From IMG/VR virus record IMGVR_UViG_3300032373_000001: a DNA stretch of 64,000 bases; one strand, given 5' to 3'. The notes beneath the pieces are model-generated. The model had not been told where the DNA came from, made no database searches, and saw only the letters and a program-made list of their open reading frames with translations. The position numbers were made by a program, and so were the translations under genes. This document shows, piece after piece, positions 8,893 through 17,144 of the stretch. Position 1 is the stretch's first letter; each line of letters starts with the position of its first letter. Source of the DNA: a virus (lineage: Duplodnaviria; Caudoviricetes).

Positions 8893-8921
8893 TTACGGCG
8901 CGGAATCCCTTCGGAAATCAA
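8893..8921 (-). promoter_or_regulatory. Conserved promoter TTGATT-N17-CCGTAA
   Basis: TTGATT TCCGAAGGGATTCCGCG CCGTAA; exact 17-nt spacer. Confidence 0.75.
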
Positions 8922-9014
8922 CCGAAGCGGAAATTCGACATCGCTGCGGCGGGGTCGCCTGCACCCGAGGCTGGGGTCCTGCGAGCGCCGAAATCCCGGT
9001 AGCCCCTCGGGCAC

Positions 9015-9419
9015 TCAGGGGAAGCCAGGTATGCGGTACAGGCGGCAGCCAGCAAGGTGGCCGAGGGTGCCCGTCTCCGCGAAGGTCTGAGAGCCGATGC
9101 GGTCGACCAGGGCGAAGTAGCGCCCGCCCCAGTACTCCTCCGGCATGAAGGCTCCGACCTCACCCAAGGAGGGCTTGAAGAGGTAGCCAGTGCTGGCCAT
9201 CTGGTACTCGGCTACAAATTTGCAGTCCTTGAACCCGAAGGACACCCGCTCCTGAGCGGGCAAGCCGCTGAACCCTTGGGTGAGGGGGTTGTAGTCGGTC
9301 AGGTCGAGCACCTCCAGCTGGTCCCCCGCCGCACGGACAGGGATGGTTAGGGCGACACGACCAAGGACCTCTTCTTCGCCCAGGCGCTTTATCAGGAGGT
9401 CTGGATGGGGAAGGCTCAT
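9015..9419 (-). CDS. Hypothetical protein
   Basis: Tiling, protein-like composition. Confidence 0.65.
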   Translation of the reverse strand: MSLPHPDLLIKRLGEEEVLGRVALTIPVRAAGDQLEVLDLTDYNPLTQGFSGLPAQERVSFGFKDCKFVAEYQMASTGYLFKPSLGEVGAFMPEEYWGGRYFALVDRIGSQTFAETGTLGHLAGCRLYRIPGFP

Positions 9420-9421
9420 GC

Positions 9422-9910
9422 TTAAATCCCTTGGTTGGCCCAGTAGGTTGCTTGCTCGTCCAGCTGCACGGGGGTGCCGAAGTAGTCTGGGGCGTGATCC
9501 CCCTTACCGACCGCCCACCCCCGACCGGCACACTGCTCGCACCCCTTCATGACGAGGGGGCGAAGCCAGGTCCCGGACTCCCCTCGACCCGAACAGGCTC
9601 CGCAGCAGTGACCCCAGACCTTGACGTCACGGGGCTCCGTGCGGCCAGGGTGGGCTCCGACCAGGGATCGGAGGCGTTCGTCGAGGCGGGGGGACTCGAT
9701 GCAGACGCGGCTGGGGTGGTAGAGGACCCCATCCCGGAGCACCACGCTCAGACGGTAGCCGTCCACGCTGACCCCCACGAGGTCTTCCAGGGTCTTGCCG
9801 CGAACCCGGTTCTCACGGAACTTCTGAACCTGGAGCGTGACATCGGCATGCGCCGAGACCCGCTCCGCGTGCTCCGAGCCGGGGGTGTAGTACAGGTAGA
9901 TCTCGGTCAT
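9422..9910 (-). CDS. Protein with DnaJ-type CxxCxGxG zinc finger
   Basis: CGACSGRG...CEQCAGRG. Confidence 0.6.
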   Translation of the reverse strand: MTEIYLYYTPGSEHAERVSAHADVTLQVQKFRENRVRGKTLEDLVGVSVDGYRLSVVLRDGVLYHPSRVCIESPRLDERLRSLVGAHPGRTEPRDVKVWGHCCGACSGRGESGTWLRPLVMKGCEQCAGRGWAVGKGDHAPDYFGTPVQLDEQATYWANQGI

Positions 9911-9939
9911 CTATCTCTCCGATGCGTCGTCAAGGGTCG

Positions 9940-10269
9940 TTACGGGGTCCACAGGAAGGTCTCGAAGACCTCACCCTTACAGCAAGGGCACCGAGGACCT
10001 TCGGAGGTCTGCTCGGGCTGTTCGCCCGAAGTGATGTTGTTCCATCCGCAGCGGAGCAGCCCACTCTGAGCAGCCTTGCGGGTGTGCTTGCAGCGCTGCC
10101 AGTTGGTGAAGCCAGGGCAGGTGCAGCGGTAGCCCCACTTGCTGCCCTGGAGCTGGGTGGCCCTGCCCTCCAACGGCCCCCAGCTGAGGGTGTAGGTGGT
10201 GTGCCGAGAGGTGCTGGGAATCTCTTGCTCCCAGGCACGGAAACTCTCACAGGCCAAAAACCGCTTCAT
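9940..10269 (-). CDS. SWIM zinc-finger protein
   Basis: YRCTCPGFTNWQRCKH (CxC-x7-CxH) plus C-terminal CPCC. Confidence 0.8.
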   Translation of the reverse strand: MKRFLACESFRAWEQEIPSTSRHTTYTLSWGPLEGRATQLQGSKWGYRCTCPGFTNWQRCKHTRKAAQSGLLRCGWNNITSGEQPEQTSEGPRCPCCKGEVFETFLWTP

Positions 10270-10450
10270 GGTTCCTCCAGGCCGCTGTTACGCGCCGAAC
10301 AGTCTGGACAAGAGCCCCACGAGGCCTGCCGACGCGAAGAGAATACAGAGGATAGCGACGATGGTAAAGAGAACGGTCAGGCCCACGAGTCACCCCTCAA
10401 GAAAAGGCCCGCCCCGAGCAAGCCCGCGACCGCCGCTGTTCCGAGGGCCA

Positions 10451-10684
10451 TCACCGACCGCCCCGCTTGGGTCGAGGGTCGTTGCTCGGGGGGTGACGCC
10501 ACTCGCCCGCGTTGGGCGGAAGGGTGCCATCCCGAACGTAGAAGTCGACCGTGTCGTTCCAGTTCTGACAGCGGGCATCGTAGTCTGGGACGCCATCCTG
10601 CTCGTAGCGGGCCTTGATGGCCGGGAGGCATCGGGCCTCCCAGACCTCTTCGAGGAAACGCTTCTTGGTCATGTACCGCGACAT
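10451..10684 (-). CDS. Small hypothetical phage protein
   Basis: GGAGG SD; EQDGVPDYDARCQNWNDTVDFYVRDG. Confidence 0.65.
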   Translation of the reverse strand: MSRYMTKKRFLEEVWEARCLPAIKARYEQDGVPDYDARCQNWNDTVDFYVRDGTLPPNAGEWRHPPSNDPRPKRGGR

Positions 10685-10693
10685 CCGGGCCTC

Positions 10694-11149
10694 CTACGCG
10701 CTCTGCTGCTGTTGCTTCTTGTAGGCTTGCCAGCGCTCCAAGAAGGTATCGATCTTGTCCCAGTAGGGCTTGCCGGTGAGGTCTGCCCCCGTCTCGCTCT
10801 GGGAGCCCAGCGGGTGCACCAGCTTTTGGATGGTCTCGGGGTTGAGGATGCGCTTGGCGGCATCCCCTCGGATGCCGTGGCTCCAGACGTAGGCTCCGGC
10901 CCAGCGCCAGCCCGCCTCGAACCTCTTGCGGGGGTCGGTGTCGACGCCCAGCAAGTAGAGGTAGTTGCCCTCGAACTGGAGGGCCAAGCTCAGTACCCGC
11001 TGCCAGTTGGGACCGCCTTCGCGGGCCTGCTGCTGGTAGGAGGCCATGAGCCGCAGGGCTCGGGCGCGGGCTGCGTCATTCTTGAGGGGAGCCGTCCAAT
11101 CGAACTCCCTCAAGTTCCATGCGAACTGCTCCAGGGTCACACCGCTCAT
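10694..11149 (-). CDS. Hypothetical protein, paralogue of 12771..13292
   Basis: Shared motifs TLxxFA..R..DW, GWRWxGAYxWxHG, DLTGxPxWxxI. Confidence 0.75.
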   Translation of the reverse strand: MSGVTLEQFAWNLREFDWTAPLKNDAARARALRLMASYQQQAREGGPNWQRVLSLALQFEGNYLYLLGVDTDPRKRFEAGWRWAGAYVWSHGIRGDAAKRILNPETIQKLVHPLGSQSETGADLTGKPYWDKIDTFLERWQAYKKQQQQSA

Positions 11150-11180
11150 CCGTCACTCCTCATCAGGAGTACGGTTACGG
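11150..11180 (-). promoter_or_regulatory. CCGTAA element + SD-sequestering hairpin
   Basis: CCGTAA|CCGT-ACTCCT-GATG-AGGAGT-G-ACGG|ATG. Confidence 0.7.
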
Positions 11181-11204
11181 TACTGACAAGCCTGGGAAGG
11201 CTGA

Positions 11205-11648
11205 TCAGCCCGTGATGATCACCCGATCAGTGGCGCTGGACTGGACCTGGATAAACTCGACAGCGGCGATGCGCAGGTCCGGCACGACCTCGCACCCGGC
11301 TGCGCGCATGGCGATGTGAATCGCGCGGACATGAGTGAAGGTGGCCCGCATGCCGTCGATGCGCCACGCGGAGTCGTGGTTGGACGCCAGGGTGTAGTCC
11401 TCGTCTGCGGGCTTCTCCCACTCAGAGGGGGTGTCCGCCACCCAGACCTCCGTGTACTGCATCGGGCGCACGAAGATGTAGTGGATGCAGCGCTGGATGC
11501 AGTGATCCTTTTCCGACCCCTCTTCGTATTCGTAGTGGTCGGCGCGCACGACGACGCGGACCACGAGGGCCTTGTCCGGCCCAGACTCGCGGGGAAGGAC
11601 CCCCTCCACGACAGCGGCAACGGAGCAGTTCAGGTTGGTGGGGTTCAT
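11205..11648 (-). CDS. Hypothetical protein (start revised to ATG 11648)
   Basis: ATGA overlap with 11645..12022. Confidence 0.65.
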   Translation of the reverse strand: MNPTNLNCSVAAVVEGVLPRESGPDKALVVRVVVRADHYEYEEGSEKDHCIQRCIHYIFVRPMQYTEVWVADTPSEWEKPADEDYTLASNHDSAWRIDGMRATFTHVRAIHIAMRAAGCEVVPDLRIAAVEFIQVQSSATDRVIITG

Positions 11649-12022
11649 CGGCCAGTCTCCAGGTAGTCTCGGTGTGAGTAGATAAGGGTTTCGACCAGGT
11701 CCCAGCAAATGCGGTGGCTCTCATCCAAGAGGTGAGACGCCTCGGAGAACGGGATTCTTATCCCGTAGGATTTGAGCAAGCTGCTGAGGTAACCGCAAGC
11801 CACGATGCGGTTTGTCTCGTCCGCGAAGGGGAAGTGGTGGGAACCGTGGTAGGCGCGGGCAAAGTTGTAAGCCGCCTCCCCTCCAGGAACCGCCCGCACT
11901 TCATCCAAGAAGGTTTCATCCAGTTTGTCTCTTGCTTCTTCGGCCGAAGAAGCATCCTTGAAGTAGCGGTCCCAGCGGATGGACTTCAGCAGCGTGTGGA
12001 CACATCTAAGCGTGCGTGCCAT
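11645..12022 (-). CDS. Hypothetical protein
   Basis: AGGAGGAG SD. Confidence 0.65.
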   Translation of the reverse strand: MARTLRCVHTLLKSIRWDRYFKDASSAEEARDKLDETFLDEVRAVPGGEAAYNFARAYHGSHHFPFADETNRIVACGYLSSLLKSYGIRIPFSEASHLLDESHRICWDLVETLIYSHRDYLETGR

Positions 12023-12401
12023 CAGTCTCCTCCTGGAAAATCAGGCTCTCGCGGCCGGCGGTCAGTGCCCTGACCAGGCCCCAGTTGATGCAACCGTTGG
12101 GTTGCAGGAAGGTTCGGAGGCCGTCGTACTCAAGAATGACTCCCCACACCCGAAAGTGCAGCTGAAGGTAGAGCAGCGCGGAGTGCTCCCCATCTTCCCA
12201 GAGGCAAGTCTCCACCCAGCGTCGGCGAGCACAGTAGTAACCCTGTGCCTGCGACCACAACATACGCAACAGCGGGGAGTAGTCGTCCCATTCCGGGGGT
12301 GACCACACGGCCAGCATGGGCTTCCCCGACTCAGGGACCGCCTTCCTCCAGTAGTCGGGGATGCTGAACTGGTCAGCGAGGTACATATCTTCGGCGTTCA
12401 C
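12006..12401 (-). CDS. Hypothetical protein
   Basis: Tiling, protein-like composition. Confidence 0.6.
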   Translation of the reverse strand: MNAEDMYLADQFSIPDYWRKAVPESGKPMLAVWSPPEWDDYSPLLRMLWSQAQGYYCARRRWVETCLWEDGEHSALLYLQLHFRVWGVILEYDGLRTFLQPNGCINWGLVRALTAGRESLIFQEETDGTHA

Positions 12402-12404
12402 CGG

Positions 12405-12659
12405 TCAGCCCTGAAGGTCGGCGTACATGGCCTGAGCGCGGTCGCTCAGGCTCGACCAGCCCGCCTCCTCAGCTTCGGCCCAGATCTCATCCAGGATGGA
12501 GCTGAGAGGCTGGCCCCACCGTTCTTCGATGCGGTCGATGGCATCGTCGTACCGGGGCCCGTTGAGGCGGTTGGCCCGGTCGATGGCGTCGAGGGTGCGG
12601 CAGAGGGAAGCCTTGCGACCGGCGGCGCGGATGCCGGGTTCGCGGCGAGGGAAAGCCAT
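12405..12659 (-). CDS. Hypothetical protein
   Basis: GGAG SD; first ORF after promoter 12690-12718. Confidence 0.65.
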   Translation of the reverse strand: MAFPRREPGIRAAGRKASLCRTLDAIDRANRLNGPRYDDAIDRIEERWGQPLSSILDEIWAEAEEAGWSSLSDRAQAMYADLQG

Positions 12660-12689
12660 GGGGGGACTCCGAGTGCGGGTTCATAGTCG

Positions 12690-12718
12690 TTACGGGCAAA
12701 AGCAGAATCAGAAAGCAA
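12690..12718 (-). promoter_or_regulatory. Conserved promoter variant TTGCTT-N17-CCGTAA
   Basis: TTGCTT TCTGATTCTGCTTTTGC CCGTAA; same 17-nt spacer. Confidence 0.65.
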
Positions 12719-12754
12719 GCAATCCTCCAGCTTTGGGAAAAGCTGGAGGATTGC
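12719..12754 (-). terminator. Intrinsic terminator abutting the next promoter
   Basis: GCAATCCTCCAGCTTT-TCCC-AAAGCTGGAGGATTGC 16-bp stem followed by T-rich TTGCTTTCTGATT. Confidence 0.75.
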
Positions 12755-12770
12755 GGCAGGGCCGAGACTA

Positions 12771-13292
12771 TCAGGCAGAGGCCATCATCGCGCGGCACTC
12801 CTCGGTGAGGGTGACGGCCTGGGCAGCGGCAACGAGGTCCATCGGCTTCTTGCAGATGGCTTCGATGGCCTCCCAGATGGGCTGACCTGTCAGATCCCAG
12901 TGCTCGGGCTTGGTGGAGTACCCGATGGGGCGGGTGAGGCTCTGAGCGACTGCCACGCTGGGCTTGAGGCCGTGAACCCACAGGTACGCGCCGACCCAGC
13001 GCCACCCCTCTTCGTAGCGAGCAGCCCGCTTGTCGTCGTCGTGGCGGCGGGGACCTTCCGACGGCCAGCACGACCAGGTGAAGTTGCCGTGCCACGCACG
13101 CCCCAACCCCCAGAGCCGACGGTAGTTGGGGTTCCCCTGCGCGACGGTGGCCTCGACGATGGCCTCCATTTCCACGACCCGTGCGCGGTGGCGGCGAGAA
13201 GGGTACGGGCTATCGGACATGCAGGACGACCAGTCCATCCGGCGGATGCGGGCGGCGAACTCCGGGAGGGTGGGGATATCGACGTGGCTCAT
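12771..13292 (-). CDS. Hypothetical protein, paralogue of 10694..11149
   Basis: Shared W/G/H-rich motifs; lies after promoter 13323-13351. Confidence 0.75.
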   Translation of the reverse strand: MSHVDIPTLPEFAARIRRMDWSSCMSDSPYPSRRHRARVVEMEAIVEATVAQGNPNYRRLWGLGRAWHGNFTWSCWPSEGPRRHDDDKRAARYEEGWRWVGAYLWVHGLKPSVAVAQSLTRPIGYSTKPEHWDLTGQPIWEAIEAICKKPMDLVAAAQAVTLTEECRAMMASA

Positions 13293-13322
13293 GACTCAGC
13301 TCCGTGTAAAGGGTCACCTTCA

Positions 13323-13351
13323 TTACGGCAGCGAATTTGAGCGGAAATCAA
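13323..13351 (-). promoter_or_regulatory. Conserved promoter TTGATT-N17-CCGTAA
   Basis: TTGATT TCCGCTCAAATTCGCTG CCGTAA. Confidence 0.75.
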
Positions 13352-13372
13352 CCCGACGACAGAAATTCCGAA

Positions 13373-13849
13373 TTAGCCGAGCAGCAGGGGGCGAAGAAGG
13401 GCCAACATCCCCCTGCCGCCCCGGAGCCTCCCTCGTAAATCCGGGGTCCGCTCGTACAGGCAGTCTTCTTGTTCCGCCCACTGTCGCAGGGTGCCTCCGC
13501 GCACGCAAAACAGGGTCATCCGTATCCTCGGAGGCAATGCCTTGAACATGCAGTTCCGGGGCAGGTTCAGGACCCGCTCCCGTTCTTCAGAGGAGAGGTC
13601 CCGGTTAGCCAACATCTCTGCTACTGCCACCCGGTAGCGATCCCCGGCTTGGTGGTACCACTCTTGACCTCGGATGCCCGCAGCCCAGGCGTCCTGAACG
13701 CTGGCTTGCCATAGGGGGTCGTTCTTCGCCGGAAGAGGCACCTGACCCAGCTTCGTGCACCCCAGAGCTATGGCCAGCTCCACGCCTTGCTGGGCGTCAG
13801 CTGCCAGGGTTTCTTTCAGGGTGGTCTCTTGATGCGGTGTAAGGTTCAC
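13373..13849 (-). CDS. Hypothetical protein
   Basis: GGAGG SD before GTG start. Confidence 0.6.
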   Translation of the reverse strand: MNLTPHQETTLKETLAADAQQGVELAIALGCTKLGQVPLPAKNDPLWQASVQDAWAAGIRGQEWYHQAGDRYRVAVAEMLANRDLSSEERERVLNLPRNCMFKALPPRIRMTLFCVRGGTLRQWAEQEDCLYERTPDLRGRLRGGRGMLALLRPLLLG

Positions 13850-13873
13850 AGCCCCTCCTCTGTTTAGAGAGCC

Positions 13874-14275
13874 TTACTTCTTCCTCAAGCGGAGGAGGTC
13901 TTTGAACTCGGGGTCTTGTTCGGCCCGCTGCCTTGCCAAGAGCCGGAGGGAATTCGCCAGGGCCTCGACAGCCTCTTCTCGGCTGCCGAACCCCTTCGAG
14001 TATCCGAGGTGCCAGGGGAGAGTCCCCGAGGAGGTACGGGTGGTGAAGGTGATGCCGAATTCCCTCCGGGCATGCCAGCCTATGAAGAGATAGATCCTGG
14101 CCCCGTCCGGGACGTCTCGAGGGAGGCCCAAGAACCTCTCCACCTCCGCCCCGCAGTGGCGGAAGCCCCCATAGCTCTTCGGGACGAGCCTCTCAGCGAA
14201 GCCCCGGTACACTGCGGGGACTTCGGGTTGCGCGGGCTTCCTTGAGGTGAAGAAGTCAAGGATTCGACTCAACAT
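13874..14275 (-). CDS. Hypothetical protein
   Basis: Tiling, protein-like composition. Confidence 0.65.
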   Translation of the reverse strand: MLSRILDFFTSRKPAQPEVPAVYRGFAERLVPKSYGGFRHCGAEVERFLGLPRDVPDGARIYLFIGWHARREFGITFTTRTSSGTLPWHLGYSKGFGSREEAVEALANSLRLLARQRAEQDPEFKDLLRLRKK

Positions 14276-14285
14276 TGGAAGCCCC

Positions 14286-14585
14286 TTAGCAGTCCGTCGC
14301 AGCCCTCCACTTCATGTGGCGGCGTGCCCGCTCGACTGCAACAGCTTGGCTTACGGTGCTGGAACCCACCGAGGCAATTCGCCACCACTCGGGATCAGGA
14401 TCCTTCCCGCCGACCCGCTGGATTTGGATTTGCATGCCCTCCCGGATAACGAGCTTCCCCTTCCGCTCGGGGAGCCATGTCACCAGTTCATGCTCGCCGT
14501 ACTCGCTCTCTCGCTGGAGGGTGAACTGGCGATAGAGGACGTTGCCCCCATTTGAGGACCCAGACTTAGAATCAAACACGCGCAC
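14286..14585 (-). CDS. Hypothetical protein
   Basis: GAGGT SD before GTG; preceded by a structured leader. Confidence 0.6.
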   Translation of the reverse strand: MRVFDSKSGSSNGGNVLYRQFTLQRESEYGEHELVTWLPERKGKLVIREGMQIQIQRVGGKDPDPEWWRIASVGSSTVSQAVAVERARRHMKWRAATDC

Positions 14586-14596
14586 CTCATTGTAGT

Positions 14597-14752
14597 GAAC
14601 CCCAGTCCCCTCAAGGCTGAGGACTGGGGTTCTGGGAGCTTGTTCTTCCGGGTCACCAGGCTCAACTCCCTCTTGCCCGGTGGTGACCTGCCTGCCCTCT
14701 AAGGAGCAGGGACCCAGGAGGGGGCTCTTGCCCGCGCTGGGTCAGTGTTCAG
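14597..14752 (-). ncRNA. Candidate structured RNA / leader with four consecutive hairpins
   Basis: Stems 14711-17/14737-43, 14691-97/14704-10, 14651-58/14681-88, 14597-14632; repeated CGGGCAAGAG at 14670-79 and 14725-34; GGGTAA element at 14759-64. Confidence 0.4.
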
Positions 14753-14777
14753 CATCCCTTACCCGGTCCCAACGAGT

Positions 14778-14932
14778 CTACAAATTCCGGCGACCTTTGA
14801 CCCAACCTTGCCCCAAAAAGGAGGGGAGGTCCCGCAGATAAACTTGCTTGGGGCGGCATCCAGGCTTGGAAATCCATCGATGTAAAATTTCCCATTCAGA
14901 AGGTTGGTTGTCTTGTAGACCGTAAACCGCAT
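14778..14932 (-). pseudogene. GIY-YIG (Seg-like) homing endonuclease remnant with large internal deletion
   Basis: MRFTVYKTTNLLNGKFYI (GIY-YIG N-terminus) joined out of frame to WISKPGCRPKQVYLRDLPSFLGQGWVKGRRNL* (typical GWxKGR C-terminus); locally AT-richer. Confidence 0.75.
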
Positions 14933-14975
14933 GAATCCTCCGAGGGTAACAACAGTTGTTACCCTCGGAGGATTC
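14933..14975 (-). promoter_or_regulatory. Perfect 21-bp inverted repeat sequestering the SD of the endonuclease relic (possibly also tmRNA 3' processing/termination signal)
   Basis: GAATCCTCCGAGGGTAACAAC-T-GTTGTTACCCTCGGAGGATTC then ATG; GGGTAA lies in the 5' arm, GGAGG in the 3' arm. Confidence 0.75.
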
Positions 14976-14988
14976 CTTAGATACGAGA

Positions 14989-15406
14989 TGGAGATGTCGG
15001 GAATCGAACCCGAGTCCTCAGCGAATCGTCAGCGTGCGTCTACGTGCGTATCCTCAGTTGATGATGCCCGGACCCCGTCGAGGAACCCCTTGGTACAGGC
15101 ATGGCCAGCTACAGCATTAGAGCGTCAGCGAGTATTGTATTCTCGTCCCTCTCCACCGCTTTGCCAGAGCGGCTTCCTGGGACTATCCAGGTCTTGATGC
15201 GCCCGAACCTAAGACCCTGACATCTACAGGACGGACGGAGGCTCCAGTTAAGGAGCTAAGAGGCTCACGCCGCGAGGCGTACACCCCCCTCAAAGTAGTT
15301 GACGTTGTTTGCATCTACCGTGTTGACTGATTGTTCACAGGGGTTGAGTCTTCCCCTGGCACGCGGCAACCCTCGATCTTCACCGAGTCGAAACCAGTGC
15401 ATCCCC
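14989..15406 (-). ncRNA. ssrA: tmRNA (one-piece, CCA not encoded)
   Basis: 5' GGGGATGCACTGGTTTCGAC; acceptor stem GGGGATG/CATCTCC with G3-U70 and discriminator A; T-arm TCGGG-TTCGATT-CCCGA; conserved ACGCACGTAGA; internal tag ORF. Confidence 0.95.
15265..15312 (-). other. tmRNA proteolysis tag reading frame ANNVNYFEGGVRLAA*
   Basis: Resume codon GCA, ends LAA-TGA as in canonical ssrA tags. Confidence 0.9.
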
Positions 15407-15429
15407 ACAATGTCAAAGAGCAAGAGTCC

Positions 15430-15891
15430 TTACCGGATAGGCAAGCTATCCAGACTCAGCGCTTGGCTCACGGCTGCGTCGAGCAAGTCTTCCGCCACGG
15501 TGCTGTCTTCCTCCAGGCAGGCTTCCCGGATAGCACCGACCAGCATCTCCACTCGCTGAGCCTGAAGCTGCTCTCGCCGGATCTGGTTCTGGAGGTCTCG
15601 GTGAACCGCCCTCAAGTCCTCCTTGAGGGCCGCCTCGCGGGTCATGGCTGCGGAGATGATGTAGCGGACAGCCTGTTCCGCGAAGAACAGAGGCCCGACG
15701 TAGGAGCGGACATCTTGAAGCTGCTGCACAGAATAGGCAGTGACCCCATGACGCATGAACGCCTGACGGGCCTGGGCAGCGTTCGGCAGCACCAAGGCAC
15801 CGCAGACCTTATCCGCTGCGTCGGCCAGGTAGCTCAGGTATCCAGACCCGGCACGACTCGACAGAAGATCGAAGAGGGCATCGAATTTCAC
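15430..15891 (-). CDS. Hypothetical helical/coiled-coil protein
   Basis: GAGGAG SD before GTG; tiling. Confidence 0.65.
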   Translation of the reverse strand: MKFDALFDLLSSRAGSGYLSYLADAADKVCGALVLPNAAQARQAFMRHGVTAYSVQQLQDVRSYVGPLFFAEQAVRYIISAAMTREAALKEDLRAVHRDLQNQIRREQLQAQRVEMLVGAIREACLEEDSTVAEDLLDAAVSQALSLDSLPIR

Positions 15892-16025
15892 GGTGACGGC
15901 TCCTCGTCTGACTTCTTGAGGTCTTCCAGGGCCTGACGCAGGAGCCCCTTACTGGCACGGGACCGCCCCCGTGGGAAACCCCCCAAGATCCCCAGCAACC
16001 TGTCAAAGTAATCGTCTTCCATTCC

Positions 16026-16220
16026 TCACTCCTTGTCGAACCGGGAGAGCTTGCGTCTGGTCCGGCGGATTACCTCTTCGAGATCCACTTTCCCCTGGGG
16101 GCGTATGGAACCCTCAGTCACCCCCAGAGTCCGGGCCATCTCAAACCCTTGTGCTTCTTGGCCTCGGTCGAAGCTCAACAAGAGCCGGATGAGGTTGTCT
16201 GGTACGTCCAAAGGGTTCAC
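16026..16220 (-). CDS. Small hypothetical protein
   Basis: GTGA overlap with upstream ORF. Confidence 0.55.
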   Translation of the reverse strand: MNPLDVPDNLIRLLLSFDRGQEAQGFEMARTLGVTEGSIRPQGKVDLEEVIRRTRRKLSRFDKE

Positions 16221-16486
16221 AGGTTCGCCTTGACGTGATCCCGAAGGAAGCTGTGCAGGATCTGAGGGATCTGGCCTTGGTCCAGCACATACTGCCCGAG
16301 ACTGCCGCGGAACACGAACATCTGCCCGTGGAGTTGCACGAAGGAGTCCAGATACGCTGCCTGCTCTGGGTAGAGGGGGCGTAAGGTATCCAACATCTCC
16401 TGCCCTTGCAGAAACTGGTCCCTGTCACCACTGAAAAGCAACTCCAGCAGCGTCACGGGCAGGAGGTCCTGGTTCACTTCAGGCAC
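16217..16486 (-). CDS. Hypothetical protein
   Basis: GGAGG SD; protein-like. Confidence 0.6.
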   Translation of the reverse strand: MPEVNQDLLPVTLLELLFSGDRDQFLQGQEMLDTLRPLYPEQAAYLDSFVQLHGQMFVFRGSLGQYVLDQGQIPQILHSFLRDHVKANL

Positions 16487-16517
16487 ATGGGCAACGGATC
16501 CTCCGGATCAAGAAGGT

Positions 16518-17144
16518 TCAGACCAGCCTGAACTCGTCGAGGGCATCAACCAGGGTCCTGCTCTCGGCCTGCCTCTTGAAGTGGTCGTTCACCACCCGGA
16601 AGCGCTCCTGCATCCAGAGACGACCCAGCCAGTTCTCACCGACCCACTCCCCCGTCGCAGTCTTCGCAGCGCCCCAGAACACCCCAGAGCCCCGCGCCCG
16701 TCGGGTGCAGTCCTCGATGATGGGGCGACCCCCGGTGGCTATCAGCTTCTCTCGGAGCACTGGGTGCTGTTCCAGCTTCATGCGCAGGATCTGCCGCATG
16801 TTCTGGAGGTCCTTCTCGCTGAGAGGCTTCACCGTCATGAAGGGGGTGTTGCCCCCATTCTTGGCGATCATCTTCGCCTTCATCGGGTTCTTCTCAGCGC
16901 GGACTGCCTTTTGAACATCGGAAGCACGGCAGAAGAAGTCGCGCTCTTCCTGAGAAGCCTGCACATCGGAGCGCACCATCTTCAGGCCCAGCTCTTCAGG
17001 AACGAAGTAGCGCATGCACTGGAAGAGCTGCTCCGCTCTCGGGTAGACGAGGCCCTCGTGGGTGATGGCGTGCGGGCTCATGTTCGACATCCAGCCGAAC
17101 TCGTCTCGCACCTTCCCGATCAAACACGGCCCTACGGGTCCCAT
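16518..17144 (-). CDS. NADAR (YbiA-like) family hydrolase (start revised to ATG 17144)
   Basis: FGWMSNM, AEQLFQCM, MRQILRMKLEQHPVLREKLIATG, IIE..FWG..GENWLGRLWM. Confidence 0.85.
   Translation of the reverse strand: MGPVGPCLIGKVRDEFGWMSNMSPHAITHEGLVYPRAEQLFQCMRYFVPEELGLKMVRSDVQASQEERDFFCRASDVQKAVRAEKNPMKAKMIAKNGGNTPFMTVKPLSEKDLQNMRQILRMKLEQHPVLREKLIATGGRPIIEDCTRRARGSGVFWGAAKTATGEWVGENWLGRLWMQERFRVVNDHFKRQAESRTLVDALDEFRLV

Noticed and set aside
9908-9922. 15-nt sequence CATCTATCTCTCCGA also at 63538-63552
   Set aside because: Both copies are just the SD-spacer-ATG of a gene (CGGAGAGATAGATG); best explained as convergent RBS design, with no flanking homology
14989-15020. tRNA-like T-arm and acceptor end
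   Set aside because: It is the 3' end of the tmRNA; there is no anticodon arm, and no independent tRNA gene was found in the window
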